A stretch of DNA of 64,000 bases from Minutocellus sp. GHC0000111 (Eukaryota), in assembly GCA_977018835.1 (NCBI GenBank), contig OZ361260.1:3162001-3226000 (forward strand), read 5' to 3'. Below the pieces are notes generated by a model. The model was not told where the DNA came from. It did not search any database and saw only the letters and a program-made list of their open reading frames with translations. Each line of letters opens with the position of its first letter. Position 1 is the first letter of the stretch. The position numbers and the translations under genes are program-made. Below, in pieces: positions 14,160 through 26,165 of the stretch.

Positions 14160-15623
14160 TCAGGAGGGCTTTGGAGGCAATCTTCCCATCAAAGTATCTA
14201 TGGTACCTTTCACTTGCGTAATCTCTTCATTCTGCTTTTTGATGAGGGAGAAAAGTTGCTTGAACCGGTTGCCGTACTCTTCGGACAAGTGATCAAAGAC
14301 CATGTACTTTCCATCCTCTACCGAGTCGACATTTCTACAGCCATCAATTCCTAGCACTTGACAATCGATGCGCGTTCGTTGGCACGGGGGTGAACAACAA
14401 CGACATTCTGGTGTGTGAATTGCCTCCAGTTGAGCAATAGAGCTATTTGGCCAAGCGGCATTGACGCAGCACAAATTTGCCTGCCCCCACTCATCGTGAT
14501 TGGTAAGATAAGTCGACTCGTACTGCTTTGCCATATTGAGAGATACCTGATCAGCTCTACCCCAATTCACATACGGAAGCGGCCGTAGTGCTATGGATTG
14601 TTTATGGTGTGCCATCATCCAAGCCGCATATACCTCATACTCACTCAAGTAGGATTGCCGAGAGGGCAGAATATCTGTCGCAGGTCGGCCATACTTTTCC
14701 TCCAAGTAATCCAACATATCATCAAGATATTTACCATCAAAGAGCATGCGATGGGCTATAGCCGTGAACTTCTCATCACCGTAAACCGGGAAGGCCTTGG
14801 GAATGCCAGGACCGAACAACTCGGGAACAATGAAGTTCCCCGCATCGCAATCAGTGCTAAAGGCGCCAGAATTGTGAGAGGCAATGCTCATGAACCACCT
14901 GCCGTCTGTGTCTTGCATCCGTATTGGCCGAAGTACGACAGTATCAGCATCAATTTCAAGAAAGTGTCTCCGGAGCGGTATGCCTTGTTTGTTGAGCGTC
15001 CGATACACATACAGCTTGAGCATTTGCTGATAGACCCAGGACTTCTTGACGCTCACCGTATTCTGTATATCCTCCAAAGCGAACGGATATATTTTTTCCG
15101 AGATCGGCCTAAGCCTTTTCCATGCCGTGGTGTTCCCCTCTCGCTCCACCTTCATTGATTGGAGCTTCTGCTCGGCTTGAACGGTGCCCACGGCATATAT
15201 CAAACCGTCAAAATCAAGCAGATTATCTTCCAGGGACTGCAGCCCCCAATTGACAAAGGTATCCAAATCATCGTGATGGACAACTGTAACAACATCGTAG
15301 CCACGCACACTGTCACTATTGCTGTTTGTAATTTGAGTACTTACTTCCAGCTGTCGATCAGCATTGGCCGAGGTACTACCAGCGATAGCAGAAGAGGCGG
15401 TGGCATGTGAATTGTGCCCACGTCGTCGAACCCGAATCCGTTCCATCAATGGAGGCATTTGCTCCCCACCGCCTTTGTCAGAGATCAAGAGCACGAACAA
15501 TCCGATGTTGAAGATCAGCTGTGTGCCTATCATGACCAGGGCTAGGACGCTGCACTTGAAGACGTTATGCTTTTTACTGCGGCCCTGATGGTGCAGACTA
15601 TCTCGTCCGATTTGATCAATCAT
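14160..15623 (-). CDS. Type II membrane protein, putative nucleotide-sugar transferase (DUF6492-like)
   Basis: N-terminal TM helix; WVYQQMLKLY, DADTV (DxD) and SEYEVY motifs; 487-aa intact ORF. Confidence 0.6.
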   Translation of the reverse strand: MIDQIGRDSLHHQGRSKKHNVFKCSVLALVMIGTQLIFNIGLFVLLISDKGGGEQMPPLMERIRVRRRGHNSHATASSAIAGSTSANADRQLEVSTQITNSNSDSVRGYDVVTVVHHDDLDTFVNWGLQSLEDNLLDFDGLIYAVGTVQAEQKLQSMKVEREGNTTAWKRLRPISEKIYPFALEDIQNTVSVKKSWVYQQMLKLYVYRTLNKQGIPLRRHFLEIDADTVVLRPIRMQDTDGRWFMSIASHNSGAFSTDCDAGNFIVPELFGPGIPKAFPVYGDEKFTAIAHRMLFDGKYLDDMLDYLEEKYGRPATDILPSRQSYLSEYEVYAAWMMAHHKQSIALRPLPYVNWGRADQVSLNMAKQYESTYLTNHDEWGQANLCCVNAAWPNSSIAQLEAIHTPECRCCSPPCQRTRIDCQVLGIDGCRNVDSVEDGKYMVFDHLSEEYGNRFKQLFSLIKKQNEEITQVKGTIDTLMGRLPPKPS

Positions 15624-16065
15624 GATAATTCAATTGGAATCAATGCCTTGTTGCTCCCGCTCCACTTGGCGTCCCGTGGTTTGATTTGTACATACATGGC
15701 TGCATTCGCAGAGCAGCGTTGTTGTTCGTGGCCGAAGATACGGCCACGCCACTTGCGCCACGCCACGGCGGCCGCCAGAGCAGAGCGGCCCCCGGTAAAG
15801 TTCCTTGGTCATTACTATAGAGTACTTGCTTGTATTGGGTGAGTCGAGTTGTGGGAGGATAGTGCATTCGCAAATCATTTGATGCAAATGGTGAGGTCTC
15901 CCATCCGTTGGTAGTGTGCTAATAAAAACTCCGCCGTCGACCTGCAGACCTGCTTGTTCCTGCCTTCATATCATTCCCCGGCCATCGCATCCCTAAGGCA
16001 CGCCTGAGAGTTCCAACAGCATTCGAGCACGAACAAAGAAGAAAGAAGGGTGTTGATTCAATGCA

Positions 16066-17799
16066 ATGTCCTCATCGAAGAAAGTCGGCCCTGACAAAGT
16101 GGCGCACACGAGCAGCGGCAGCAGCACCACCACCCCGGGACGGTGCGATCTGTGCACGAAAAAGGATGGCTTCCAGGGGATGAAGCTGCTGAGGTGCCGT
16201 GAATGCGGCGTCTGTGTCCACGAGACGTGCTATGGTCTGCCCCCATCCGATGATAGTGATAATTCCGGGCATTCCTCCTCCTCCTCCTCCGCCATGAAAT
16301 GGATATGCAACGCATGCGATGCGGTGGGAAAGACCGTCGTCGTGAGCCGCAAAGGCCACCCGATCAAAACCATGAAGCAGACCTCGCGTCCGACCGATTG
16401 TGCGCTATGTCCAGTCATTGACGGCCAGAACGTCGCCGAGGGGGTCCACCCGTGGCATGCCATGCACAAGCTATTCGACACGCACGGGCCCAACGGACGC
16501 CAACTCGTCCTCAGGGCAGATCACAAGCGGAAGCTTCCCGAGCGGCTGGGCTGGGTTCACTCGGCATGTGCGTATGGGATTGGCAACAATCGGCTTACTG
16601 CTGGGTGCGTCTTTGGTTGTTTGGCTGATGGGACGTACGAGGGTGATGGCAGTTCGGACGACGAGGAAGAAATGTCATCGGACGAAGAGCCCTTTGCCGA
16701 AGAGTCGGAGTGGATCGGTGTTAAGAAGGGACGCCATGGTTCCGGGGGTTCGCCGCCTCGGAAGAAGAAGAAGAAGTCGTATGATGACGATGGCTCCAAT
16801 AATGATACAGATGCCATCCACCACTTTGTCATCTCCGGCAAGGAAGATGGCCAAGATACCTCTTGGACGATCAGAATCAAAGAGTGCCGAGAGCTTAAAT
16901 GCTTCCTTTGCGGCAATTCGCACTGCCCCCCGACGCAAATTCCAATTCAATGCTGTGCCAATGATCCCGGTGAGTTCTTTGAACACAAACCGCGTCATCA
17001 CGACAAAGCACCGTGCTTCACTGCTTTTCACGTGGGGTGTGCTCGAGGCTGGGATAGCAGATGCCCTGCTGTTCATCGGCGTGTTTATTTCTTCCCAGGA
17101 TCTCCAGGTGTCGACGATGCGCAGCAGCCGGTGACAGAGCATTATTGCAGCCGGCATGCCAAGGAAGTGCATGATAATGCGCCGAAGCGCAAGAAGCAGT
17201 TGCAGGAACAGTTCAAACCTCGGCAGCAGATGGCGAGATCGACTCGAGCCCTCAGCAGAACTGGCGGTGGTGGCGCCACGGAAGGCCCAGTAGCGCTACG
17301 ACGCGCATCGGCGTCCACTAAGATCCGTCCGACGGGGACCGTTCCTGCACCTGCAGGAGGATCACGGGCTGTAGCTTCCTCCTCTGTGGGAACGACAAGG
17401 AAGAAGCAAGCAGATGCCCCGAAGAGGAAGAAACCCGAGAAGGATTGGTTCGAAGATATTCGAGATGATGTTGTCAAGATAATCAGGAGCACACAGAACA
17501 AGGGAGGAGATGTAATTGAAGCAACCAACAAGGTCAAGGCTCACTGGAAAGATCCAGAGCAACGTTCGAAAATGGGAATGACGAAGAGAGACTTCAATGC
17601 CGTCTGGGAGAGGGTGAAGGATGCTGTCAGCCAGGTGCCAGAGCTCCAGCCAGACACAAGTACCGGTCCATCAAACAATGCGAAGAAGGCAGACGCTTCT
17701 ACAGCACAGAAAGTCAATCCATGGGCATCGGTATGGGAGCTCGGAGGGAAGAAATTTGAGTTCGGCGACTGGGATACTTTCGAAGAGTTGTCGTCGTAG
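16066..17799 (+). CDS. PHD finger + extended PHD (PZP-like) chromatin protein
   Basis: CDLC..LLRCRECGVCVHETCYG..WICNAC; CALC..WVHSACA..CFLC..IQCC..FHVGCA..YCSRH; basic NLS-like RKKKKK. Confidence 0.85.
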   Translation: MSSSKKVGPDKVAHTSSGSSTTTPGRCDLCTKKDGFQGMKLLRCRECGVCVHETCYGLPPSDDSDNSGHSSSSSSAMKWICNACDAVGKTVVVSRKGHPIKTMKQTSRPTDCALCPVIDGQNVAEGVHPWHAMHKLFDTHGPNGRQLVLRADHKRKLPERLGWVHSACAYGIGNNRLTAGCVFGCLADGTYEGDGSSDDEEEMSSDEEPFAEESEWIGVKKGRHGSGGSPPRKKKKKSYDDDGSNNDTDAIHHFVISGKEDGQDTSWTIRIKECRELKCFLCGNSHCPPTQIPIQCCANDPGEFFEHKPRHHDKAPCFTAFHVGCARGWDSRCPAVHRRVYFFPGSPGVDDAQQPVTEHYCSRHAKEVHDNAPKRKKQLQEQFKPRQQMARSTRALSRTGGGGATEGPVALRRASASTKIRPTGTVPAPAGGSRAVASSSVGTTRKKQADAPKRKKPEKDWFEDIRDDVVKIIRSTQNKGGDVIEATNKVKAHWKDPEQRSKMGMTKRDFNAVWERVKDAVSQVPELQPDTSTGPSNNAKKADASTAQKVNPWASVWELGGKKFEFGDWDTFEELSS

Positions 17800-17854
17800 C
17801 AGGGTGAATCAATCAAAACATAAACTAAATATAATACACGATCCTAAATATGAA

Positions 17855-20780
17855 TCAGATGAGGGTGCACTCCTCATCTTCATGCGACGGTGAGGTCGCC
17901 GCCCTCCCAAGATTGGCCATCACACGAACCCGAGCTTCACCGATGAGCCTCTCCTGAAGCTTCCTCTTTTCCGCCGACGCAACCTGCGCCCGTTCCTTCC
18001 ACACCTTCCGCGGTGCCTTCGTTGGATATGCACGTGCTAGCATGCCAACGCTGGCGAGAACATCGCATGGTGGGAACGGTGCAGACACAGGAGGGTAGAG
18101 AACCGAAGCATGCTGATCTTTCGATTTCCTCGGGCTTCGGCGCAAAACAGGGGTCTGATGGGCCGGTCCTTCACTCTTGGTGTTAGATTTCCTTGGACTG
18201 CGACGAGGAACTGGCCTCTGCTCCCCACCGACACCGGCAGTTTCAAGGATGCTTTCGACGCGCTTGGTATGCTTGCGTTTCTTGAGAGGCTGCCTTGGTC
18301 GGAATCGAGGCCTCCCTGCCGGTAGGCATTCAAGGCTAGACGGAAAACTTTCCGTTCTCTTTCGTTTCCCTGCAGCCTTAGTTCCGCTCCCCCCTCCACG
18401 CGCGACTTTTGCTTCATTCTTCGTCGGGGTACGAAGCGTCGTAGTAGGTACCGGCATATCTACCTCTGAGATATCATCCTCAGATACATCAGGCGAGCTC
18501 TTGAGCGATGGGCATGGTGATGCAGAGTTGTTGTCCGATACCAAAGGACTCTCAACAATTGAAGCAGTAGGCGACGGCATTTTGAGTGCCTGGCTGACAT
18601 CCATCTCCACCTCAGTCGGCTCAACGGCGGGCTTAGAAGAAGCTTGACTGACCGTCTCTACCTGCACTGATACCGGAGATGGAGTGACAAAACCCAAGCC
18701 CCCCGGTGACGCGCGAGGACTCATTCTGACACCAGCCTTGCTCTTTCCCTTGGAAGCTTCAACTGAAGGAGTCACAGCCGAAACATCATTGACCGCCGCT
18801 GTCTTGGAAATATCGCTTTGATCTGCCTTCGTTGCCTTCGCCTTCGATTTCTTCGGCAAAGACTTCTTTTCTCCGCTCATCTTTTCATTCTCATCAGGGG
18901 TCGATCCTGTCGTCTTCTCTTCGGGTTCATCAGGTGGATTCTTCTTTTCGGCACTGACTTTCTTTGCTCGGGGCTTCTTCACGACATCGTCCTTGGCCGT
19001 CTTTGACTTTGCCTTCACCCCACCTCTCTTCTTCTTCGCAATTGGTGGCTTGGCCTTCTTGGCAGTCTTGGTAGGAGCCTTCTTCCTCTTCATTGACTTC
19101 TTCGTATTGTCAATTGTCGGTGCGGGATCTTCTGGAACAGAGACTGGGACAGCCACTGGCTGTGCTGTTGCCTTTCCTTTCGTAGCCGCCGCCTTGGTCT
19201 TGGAAGGCTTCTTCGTTGCCTTCCCGACGTGATCGAATCCTCTTACAACGTCTAATGGATCCTTCAAACCGACAAATCCACCCTTGGTCACGCCAATAAT
19301 ACCGCTCGCCTTGCTACCCCGATATTCCGGATCGAACTTCTTCAGGGCTGTGAGCTTCATCATTCGAATATCCTCAAAGTCTTCAATTCCACGGAGGACC
19401 TGGATCACATCCTTCTTGGAGATATGCGCATCTTCGGCAGCGCTGTATGCCTCCTGGGGCTTGAACGTACAATAAATCTCCTCCTGCGCAATGTCCTTCC
19501 CAAATTGACGCTGCATAACGTTGGGATCGATGGAATTCGTTGCCGACCAAAGAGCATGCTCCGACAATTCCGATTTGTGAAGGAAGGAGATGGTATAATA
19601 CTTGGAAAGGAGGTCAATGGCCGCGGTCACCTCCTTGACGCAATGCAAGCAAAATGGCAGGTATACCACACCTCCACCAGAGCCGGACGTACTATGGGTT
19701 TGGAGCCGAGCATTGATCTTGCGACTGCTAGCCTCGGCATCGCTACTGGTACCACAGGAAAAATAAATCATTCCCTCGGTAACAAAGCTGGGGAGGATCG
19801 TGTCGAAGAAGGACCGGTTCCAGTGGCTCATCACCCACGTTCCACGAGGAATCCAAAAGTCTGGTGCCATGGAGAGGCAAGATGGTAAAAATGTAAGAAA
19901 TGATTGATGAAAAACAAAAGGTAGATCATCAAAGGCAAACAAATGCGGCGAGACTTACAATCCAGGATGATCTGCCGGAACTTGACCTTGCCCCAGCTCT
20001 TCTTCATCTGAGCGATGAACTTGACGCGGTTGAAGTTGGCATGGAGATGACGAAGACCGTACCGAGCTCCGTTCTCCAAAGATACACTATGCATATCCAA
20101 TTAGAATAAAACATGTGATATTTGGATGAGAATAAGTGACCACAACCAAAAAATGCATGCCGACAAGGCAGAATAACATCCCCCCAATTCATTCCAATTG
20201 AAAACGCACCAGTACGCCCTCGTGTCGTCACCCTCCTCCATGGCCAGACACCGGACCAAATCCCGCCCATCCATCTCCGTGAGGATGTTGCGCTGGACCA
20301 GCTCGACGGTCTGATCGACACCCTCGTCGGAATAGTGCAACACACGCGGATCGATTCTCTCGGCCAAGAGCTGTTGCTTGACGGAGGGGTAGGACACTCC
20401 CAAACAAAGGACGTTGGTTCGGATGGAGGGGGTGGACGCCGCCCATGCGTTGGGATCGTGCTTCCGCCGGACTCGTTTGCCGCTCGCTGTAGGTGAGTAA
20501 TAAAGTGGGAATGAAGATGACACATAATAAATATGTTGTTGTGCATGGTATGCGAATGAAACGAGGCAAGGAACATGACATCCATGAATTTTTGTCGATC
20601 GTCAAAGATACTTATGCACTTACCTCGACGAACACTTGAGACGGGTGCCGCAGATACAGATGATGCGGGATTGGCAGCCGTTGAGTGATCGGACCGAGAA
20701 CGCTCTGCAGTTGAAGTAGAACCGGCGTTGTTGCAATTTGATGCTGATACGATTTCATGCAGTGTCTTTTTTGAAGGCAT
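17855..20780 (-). CDS. Four-exon conserved protein with a possible class I SAM-methyltransferase-like fold and a long basic disordered tail
   Basis: The spliced frame gives VLCLGVSY...HLHANFN...FRQIILDYFWIP...GGVVYLPF; GT-AG introns join the frames; K/P/S-rich C-terminus. Confidence 0.55.
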
Positions 20781-21091
20781 GTAGGAAGCTCTACAGCTCT
20801 CCCTCCAAAAATTGATCATGGCGAGGCGATGGAAATGTGGACAGCATGCATGGAATGGAATGGACATTGAGCAAATGTTTCTCTGCACGACGACTACTCC
20901 CAGACTAGAAGCTAACTAGCGCTTGAGTTATTTTACATTTTCAGCCCCCTTCAGTTTGTACGTAGCCAGCGAAGCGATAGAGTTAAGATATTTTCTCCTC
21001 TTCCACCAAGCATCGTTATTTTTTTTCATTTCCTCTCTCTTTCCTACTTTGACACAAACATTGTACACAATATTTCCAGCCTTACATGTGT

Positions 21092-22015
21092 TTACCACGC
21101 CGCCCAATTCGCTGGGAGGGCTCCCTTAAACACACTCTCGGCCCTCTCCTTCCAAATATTCAGATTGGCAAGATTCTGAATTAGGTGGGTGATGTGGAAG
21201 AGGAAGCCGAGGAATGTCTCGTTGACGAGTCCTCCTTTGTTGCAAAATTCCTCGAACTCGGTGACAGCTGCCGCGGCAACTGTATTTTGCTCTTGATGAC
21301 TGACGTGAGAGTAATCTTCAGTTGTGCTGGGCTCGACGGAACGAATGGCGGTCTTGATGAGCTTGGTGCTTTCGGCTACATTTGTGGCGACCACATATCC
21401 CACAATTGTAGCGACGAAGAGAATCGTGACGACGGAAAGTAGCGACGACACAACGGTGCCAGAAGAGGACGAGTATTCTAGACTCTCGACGCACTCGTTA
21501 GCGTCTTCCTCGCTCCATTCAGATGAATTCGTCGACGCCAATGCAAGGGGAGGGGCATCCTTGGCCTTGATTTCCGATTTCATCTCAGGTCGGAAAATAC
21601 TAGAAGTAGATGACGATCCTTGCTTGATGTCATTGCTATTTCCATTCGAGGATGGAAACTGCGCCAACACTTCGTCATCCATGTTCTCGGTACTAGTACT
21701 CACATGGTACTTACCATCTTTGCCACGGCAAACCATAATCTGATAATCTTCAGCATCATCGCCAATGCTTTCGACGTCATTGATATCGTCTTCTTTTTCT
21801 GCTTTGGTAACTTTCACTTCCTCGTCCGCAGCATCGGTACTGGACGACGAAGTGAAAGTGCTACTGGTCCGATAGAAATGATTCTGGTTGGCATTGCGGT
21901 TCTCCCAGAACACGCGATCTTCCCATGGAGACGGCAAATCAAAGCCCCCACCGTGACCGTACTGCTCCTCATCATCGGAGTACGACGATTCAGTTGACGG
22001 ATTGTTCGAATCCAT
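21092..22015 (-). CDS. Hypothetical protein with one TM segment
   Basis: 307-aa ATG ORF, acidic/Ser-rich, hydrophobic stretch LLSVVTILFVATIVGYVV. Confidence 0.6.
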   Translation of the reverse strand: MDSNNPSTESSYSDDEEQYGHGGGFDLPSPWEDRVFWENRNANQNHFYRTSSTFTSSSSTDAADEEVKVTKAEKEDDINDVESIGDDAEDYQIMVCRGKDGKYHVSTSTENMDDEVLAQFPSSNGNSNDIKQGSSSTSSIFRPEMKSEIKAKDAPPLALASTNSSEWSEEDANECVESLEYSSSSGTVVSSLLSVVTILFVATIVGYVVATNVAESTKLIKTAIRSVEPSTTEDYSHVSHQEQNTVAAAAVTEFEEFCNKGGLVNETFLGFLFHITHLIQNLANLNIWKERAESVFKGALPANWAAW

Positions 22016-22642
22016 GTTCCTTGACTCCTTTTGATGTGCCTCTTTTGGAATGCGGGAAATGCTCTCGGGAACAGGTCGTCGAATGCAAAATTATCACGTC
22101 GCACGATAGTGCAAAGGGTTTACAGGGGCCGCCAAGTCGTCTTGGCCCTTGCCTTCTTCTCCCAGTGGCATCGATCTATTGGCAACTGCCTGATCTGACT
22201 TCGCTGAAGGCGCGAGTCGAGTCATCTTGCATGGCACAGATTTGTATATATCAGTCGAGTAAGTCAAACCGACAGCAAAGCACGGCAGCAGCAGCAGCAG
22301 CGCGGGGGCAGCAGCAGGGGTTCGAGGCTGTCATGTGCGGGTGCGGAGACATCCCTTCGCACACATGATCTACAGTACATGTACATGTAGAGAAAGAAGC
22401 TTTCACTGTTTTGCATTTAATTTAACAAATTACATGTATGAGTTTCTATTACACAAAAAATTCCTTTATGAAAACAAAACGTTGAAGGGGGTTAATCACC
22501 AAATTGCCGATGGAGTCAATGAGAGTAACGGTGAGCTCTCGTGGCTTCGATTGCAGGTAGAATCGGCTCAAATATTTCTGTCTCTTCCACGCATCAAGGA
22601 AGGTCGCAGTCAATTTTTCAGATGGCAAACCAATACCACGCC

Positions 22643-24128
22643 TTAGTCCTCAAAAACGACGGTGGCACCTGTTCGATCTTGACCGGTTCGAAGAATCGTT
22701 TCCCGGACCGAGCGCACTCCTTTGTTATTGTTGGTGGAAATGCTATCATTCTCTTCGTCATCACCCGAGTCTAGACTGAGCCAAACTGGTTTGGCTTTCA
22801 CCAAACCAGTCTCGGGATCATCCAGATCATCTGCTGTTACCAGCTCGTACATGTAATCACCATACAGCGCCAGGGCAGCATCGTGACGAGCTCTGCCGCG
22901 ATCACCACATGCGTCTGTTACCAAGAGAGTTCGGAATCCAGCCTCGAAGATGGAAAAGGCAGAATGCTGGACACATACCGACGTAATGAGACCACAGACC
23001 AGGACGGTGTCGATACCAGCACCCCGCAGCCACTGCATAAGCTTGGGATTTGCTGCTGGAGCTCCAACTGGTCTTGGGAAGAATCACATCGCCGCCCTCT
23101 GATGGAGGTACAGAAATGTGCGAGAAATTTGGAACACCCAAGGTGAGTATTGGACACGGCGCGCAAGATAATACATAATAACTGCAAATATCAGCATAGC
23201 ATAAGATCATATCACAAAATATGAAAATCTGACCAACCACAACTTACCAGGAGTGGCAAAGTCCTCCCAGGCAAACTCATCGTCGTCGGGATCGCAGGGT
23301 ACCTCACTTCGCATATCGGGGCGGCCGCCGTGAAGACGTTCAAATTGTGCCAGCCAGGGACTGTGGGTGTATCGATAATCGGCACGGACAAAGATGAGCT
23401 TGGCCCCTCGTTGACGACAGGTTTTGATGGTTTGGGCCAGCTTCTTCGGAAAGTGAGGAAAGTCCTTGCGGACGGATGCGCATTCACTCCAGTACTGTGG
23501 TTGGACGTCCTGTTTATATCAATCAAATGCAAGAGACGAGTGTATGTCAAGCAGCAGGTAGATGTGAGACCATATCTGGTTTGATAAAAATAGTGAGAAT
23601 GTCTGAATAGTGAGAATGTCCGAAAAATACTACTTACCACCACAAGGAGGGCAGTCGTTGCGGCCTCTAGCGGCAATCGCTTGGTAGGCGCAGTGTTGGC
23701 TTCGGCATCGATGGCTTCGTGGAAGGATTCAGCAAGATCGGTCGGTGCCTCGAGCGGCGCCTCTGTCCATTTGAGCTCCGAGTACGACATGGTCCGCTTT
23801 TTGAGCATGTTGCCGGAAGAAGATGACGACGAAGAATTTCCAGGAGAGCACGCAGGTTCTCCAGCAGCGGGGAGAATGGTTGTTCCTCCCATCGCAGCCA
23901 TTCCCTTCGTGACCGAGTCCAAATCGTTGGCATACGAGCTGTACTGGATGCTGGAATCGTCACTCGTCGAGAATTGTTCGGTGGTGATGACGAAGACGAT
24001 CGGATGTCTGTCGGCACGCCACTGCACTCGCCGCTCAGCATGTGCTGCTTCGAGGGAGACGATGCTGCCGCACCCTCGTCCTTGATTGGTACGAGGACTT
24101 CGCCCACGCGAATGCTGTTGTTGGTCAT
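22643..24128 (-). CDS. Isochorismatase-like cysteine hydrolase (multi-exon; 5' structure uncertain)
   Basis: TALLVV|DVQPQYW across an intron; GIDTVLVCGLITSVCVQHSA..GFRTLLVTDACGDR. Confidence 0.8.
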
Positions 24129-24447
24129 TGTTGCTTTTGCTCTGTTGGTATTTTGGTTGGTCGGCGTTCGTTTTTTTGTGGATGGTTGGCAGTCCTCCAG
24201 AACTTCTCTGGCGCTCAAAATTCTTTTTCCAAATTCTTCCGACGCAAACGTGGGAATTTTTGTACGGTGTCTCTCGGGTGGAAAAAGCTCTTCTATCACT
24301 CCCACTTTTAGTCTTTCTGTCGTCCGGGAAGAAAAAAAACGAGACCCTTGACGCGAGAAGAGAGAGTATTTTAGTATTGACCAGAGCGACGACGAAACGA
24401 CTGAGACGACGAGAGTAATTGACTAGTAGTCAGAGTCGACGCACGCA

Positions 24448-24775
24448 ATGGGAAAGGGAAGCAGCAATTCTCGCTCCGCCGGGAGCGGCGGTAATGGCGC
24501 CAAATGCGCATCCTCCAAAATCGAGCACAACTTCAGCGCATCCGCCAAGCAACATGCAGAACATACCGGGCCGGAGGAACCCCATCTCCCCACCATGATC
24601 GTCTTTGACCTGGATTTTTGTATCTGGTTGCCAGAGATGCACGAGCTGAGTGGAATGCCATCGGTTGAGGTCGAGGGACCGCTGGACCCAGATGGTGACT
24701 TTGCAACGACACCGCTGGGTTGTGTCGGCCTGAGCGTCCCCAAACGGCGTCGAAACGGGCGCAAAAACACCTCGT
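24448..24775 (+). pseudogene. 5' fragment of a magnesium-dependent phosphatase 1 (MDP1)-like HAD phosphatase
   Basis: LPTMIVFDLDFCIWLPEM (HAD motif I); similarity stops at about 24770, after which the ORF only reads antisense of the neighbour. Confidence 0.65.
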
Positions 24776-25911
24776 TTCTCAATTCCGTTCAGTTTGTTGT
24801 CGACATCTTCCTCCATTGCCACAACATCCTTCTTGTTGGCCGCAACCAAATCCTCTTGAGCTTGAATTTGTTCCACCTTGGACTCAAGTTCCGATTCGGC
24901 AGCCTGCAGTGCTTTGCGCAATTCTTCAATGCGTGCCTGGATCTGATCCTTTTCGCCAATCATCTGCGCGGCAGTCTTTTCATTGTTTTCCGTCTCCACC
25001 TCCTTCTCCTTCAAAGTTTGTTCAATTTGCTTGACGGCCTTGACCGACTTCTGAAAGTCTTCGATCTTGGCTTCCAGGTCCTTTCTGCAATCTTCAGCCT
25101 TCTTCTTGGCCTCCGTTGCCTTCTGCTCGACCGACTGCCGGACGCTCTGGATTTGAGCCACTCCCTCCTTGGCCTTGTTGAGCTCCACCGCAAGAGTATC
25201 AATAGCCGCCTCCGCACGACGGGATCGCGCAATGATCTCCTCGTCGATCGGTGGTTCGACCTCCACATGGTACTGCACCTTCTTCGAGTTGATCCAGGAA
25301 TACGCATTGTCAAACTTGAGCAGTACCGTTGCCGGAGCCTGCTCGACCTTGAACGTCAGAGCTGGTTCCGCCTCGCTTCCAATCGTGGTGATGCGCCGAT
25401 CGGCCTCGATGACCTTCTCGTTGGCGCTACCACCGGAAGCAGCGACACTGACGCCATATCCAACGTCGAATCCCTCGGAATGCTCGTCATCCACGCCGAC
25501 CTTGACAACGGTGACGGTGGAATTGGCCATCCAAACGGGCACCTCAACGTCACGCGTGGTACCAGCCGCCACATACACGTCATTGGCACGGAACAATGCC
25601 ACGGCATTGTCCAGGGTAGCGCCATCGGCGATCGGCCTCGGGCCGTCAATCTCGGCAAGATAGGCCATGCGGCCCTCTTGTGTGGGAGGGATGGTCGTGA
25701 TTTGCCTCACTGCACCGGCGTCATTGGTGGTTGCGGGATTGGCAGCAACGGCGGCGGCGGGAGGTTGAGGAGACGAGGACTCATGCTGTTCGCCGCCGTT
25801 GGTCAGCTTCTCGTCGACCTGTGATACAACCGCGTCTACAAGCTCCTTCTTCCAGCCACCGTCAGCAGCAGCGGTGCCATTGGACCTCGTCGGGGTTCCC
25901 TGGTCGTTCAT
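24776..25911 (-). pseudogene. GOLD-domain + coiled-coil protein, apparently 3'-truncated
   Basis: LLKFDNAYSWINSKKVQYHV (GOLD signature) followed by a long heptad region that runs into the antisense MDP1 fragment. Confidence 0.6.
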
Positions 25912-26165
25912 GGTAGCGGTTTTAAGTTCGTTGTTCGAGCAACGGTCAAGGCATTTGCGGTGTGCCGGTATCTTGCTCATCCAAACAACATTTGATTTCG
26001 ATGTGGGCATAATATAAAAAGCCTGAGCACGCGTTCAATGCGTGTTTAGTGCTGGTGCGATGATGTTCTAGTGGCTAACGCACGCTCAGGGAGGGGGTAC
26101 CAAATAACAAATAACAGGGTGGTCCACGCGCGTGCTTTTGCGCTCACCATGTTCGGCACTCTTTT

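Noticed and set aside
24776..25824. C-terminal part of the 458-aa + strand ORF
   Set aside because: Antisense readthrough of the GOLD/coiled-coil gene, not real MDP1 sequence
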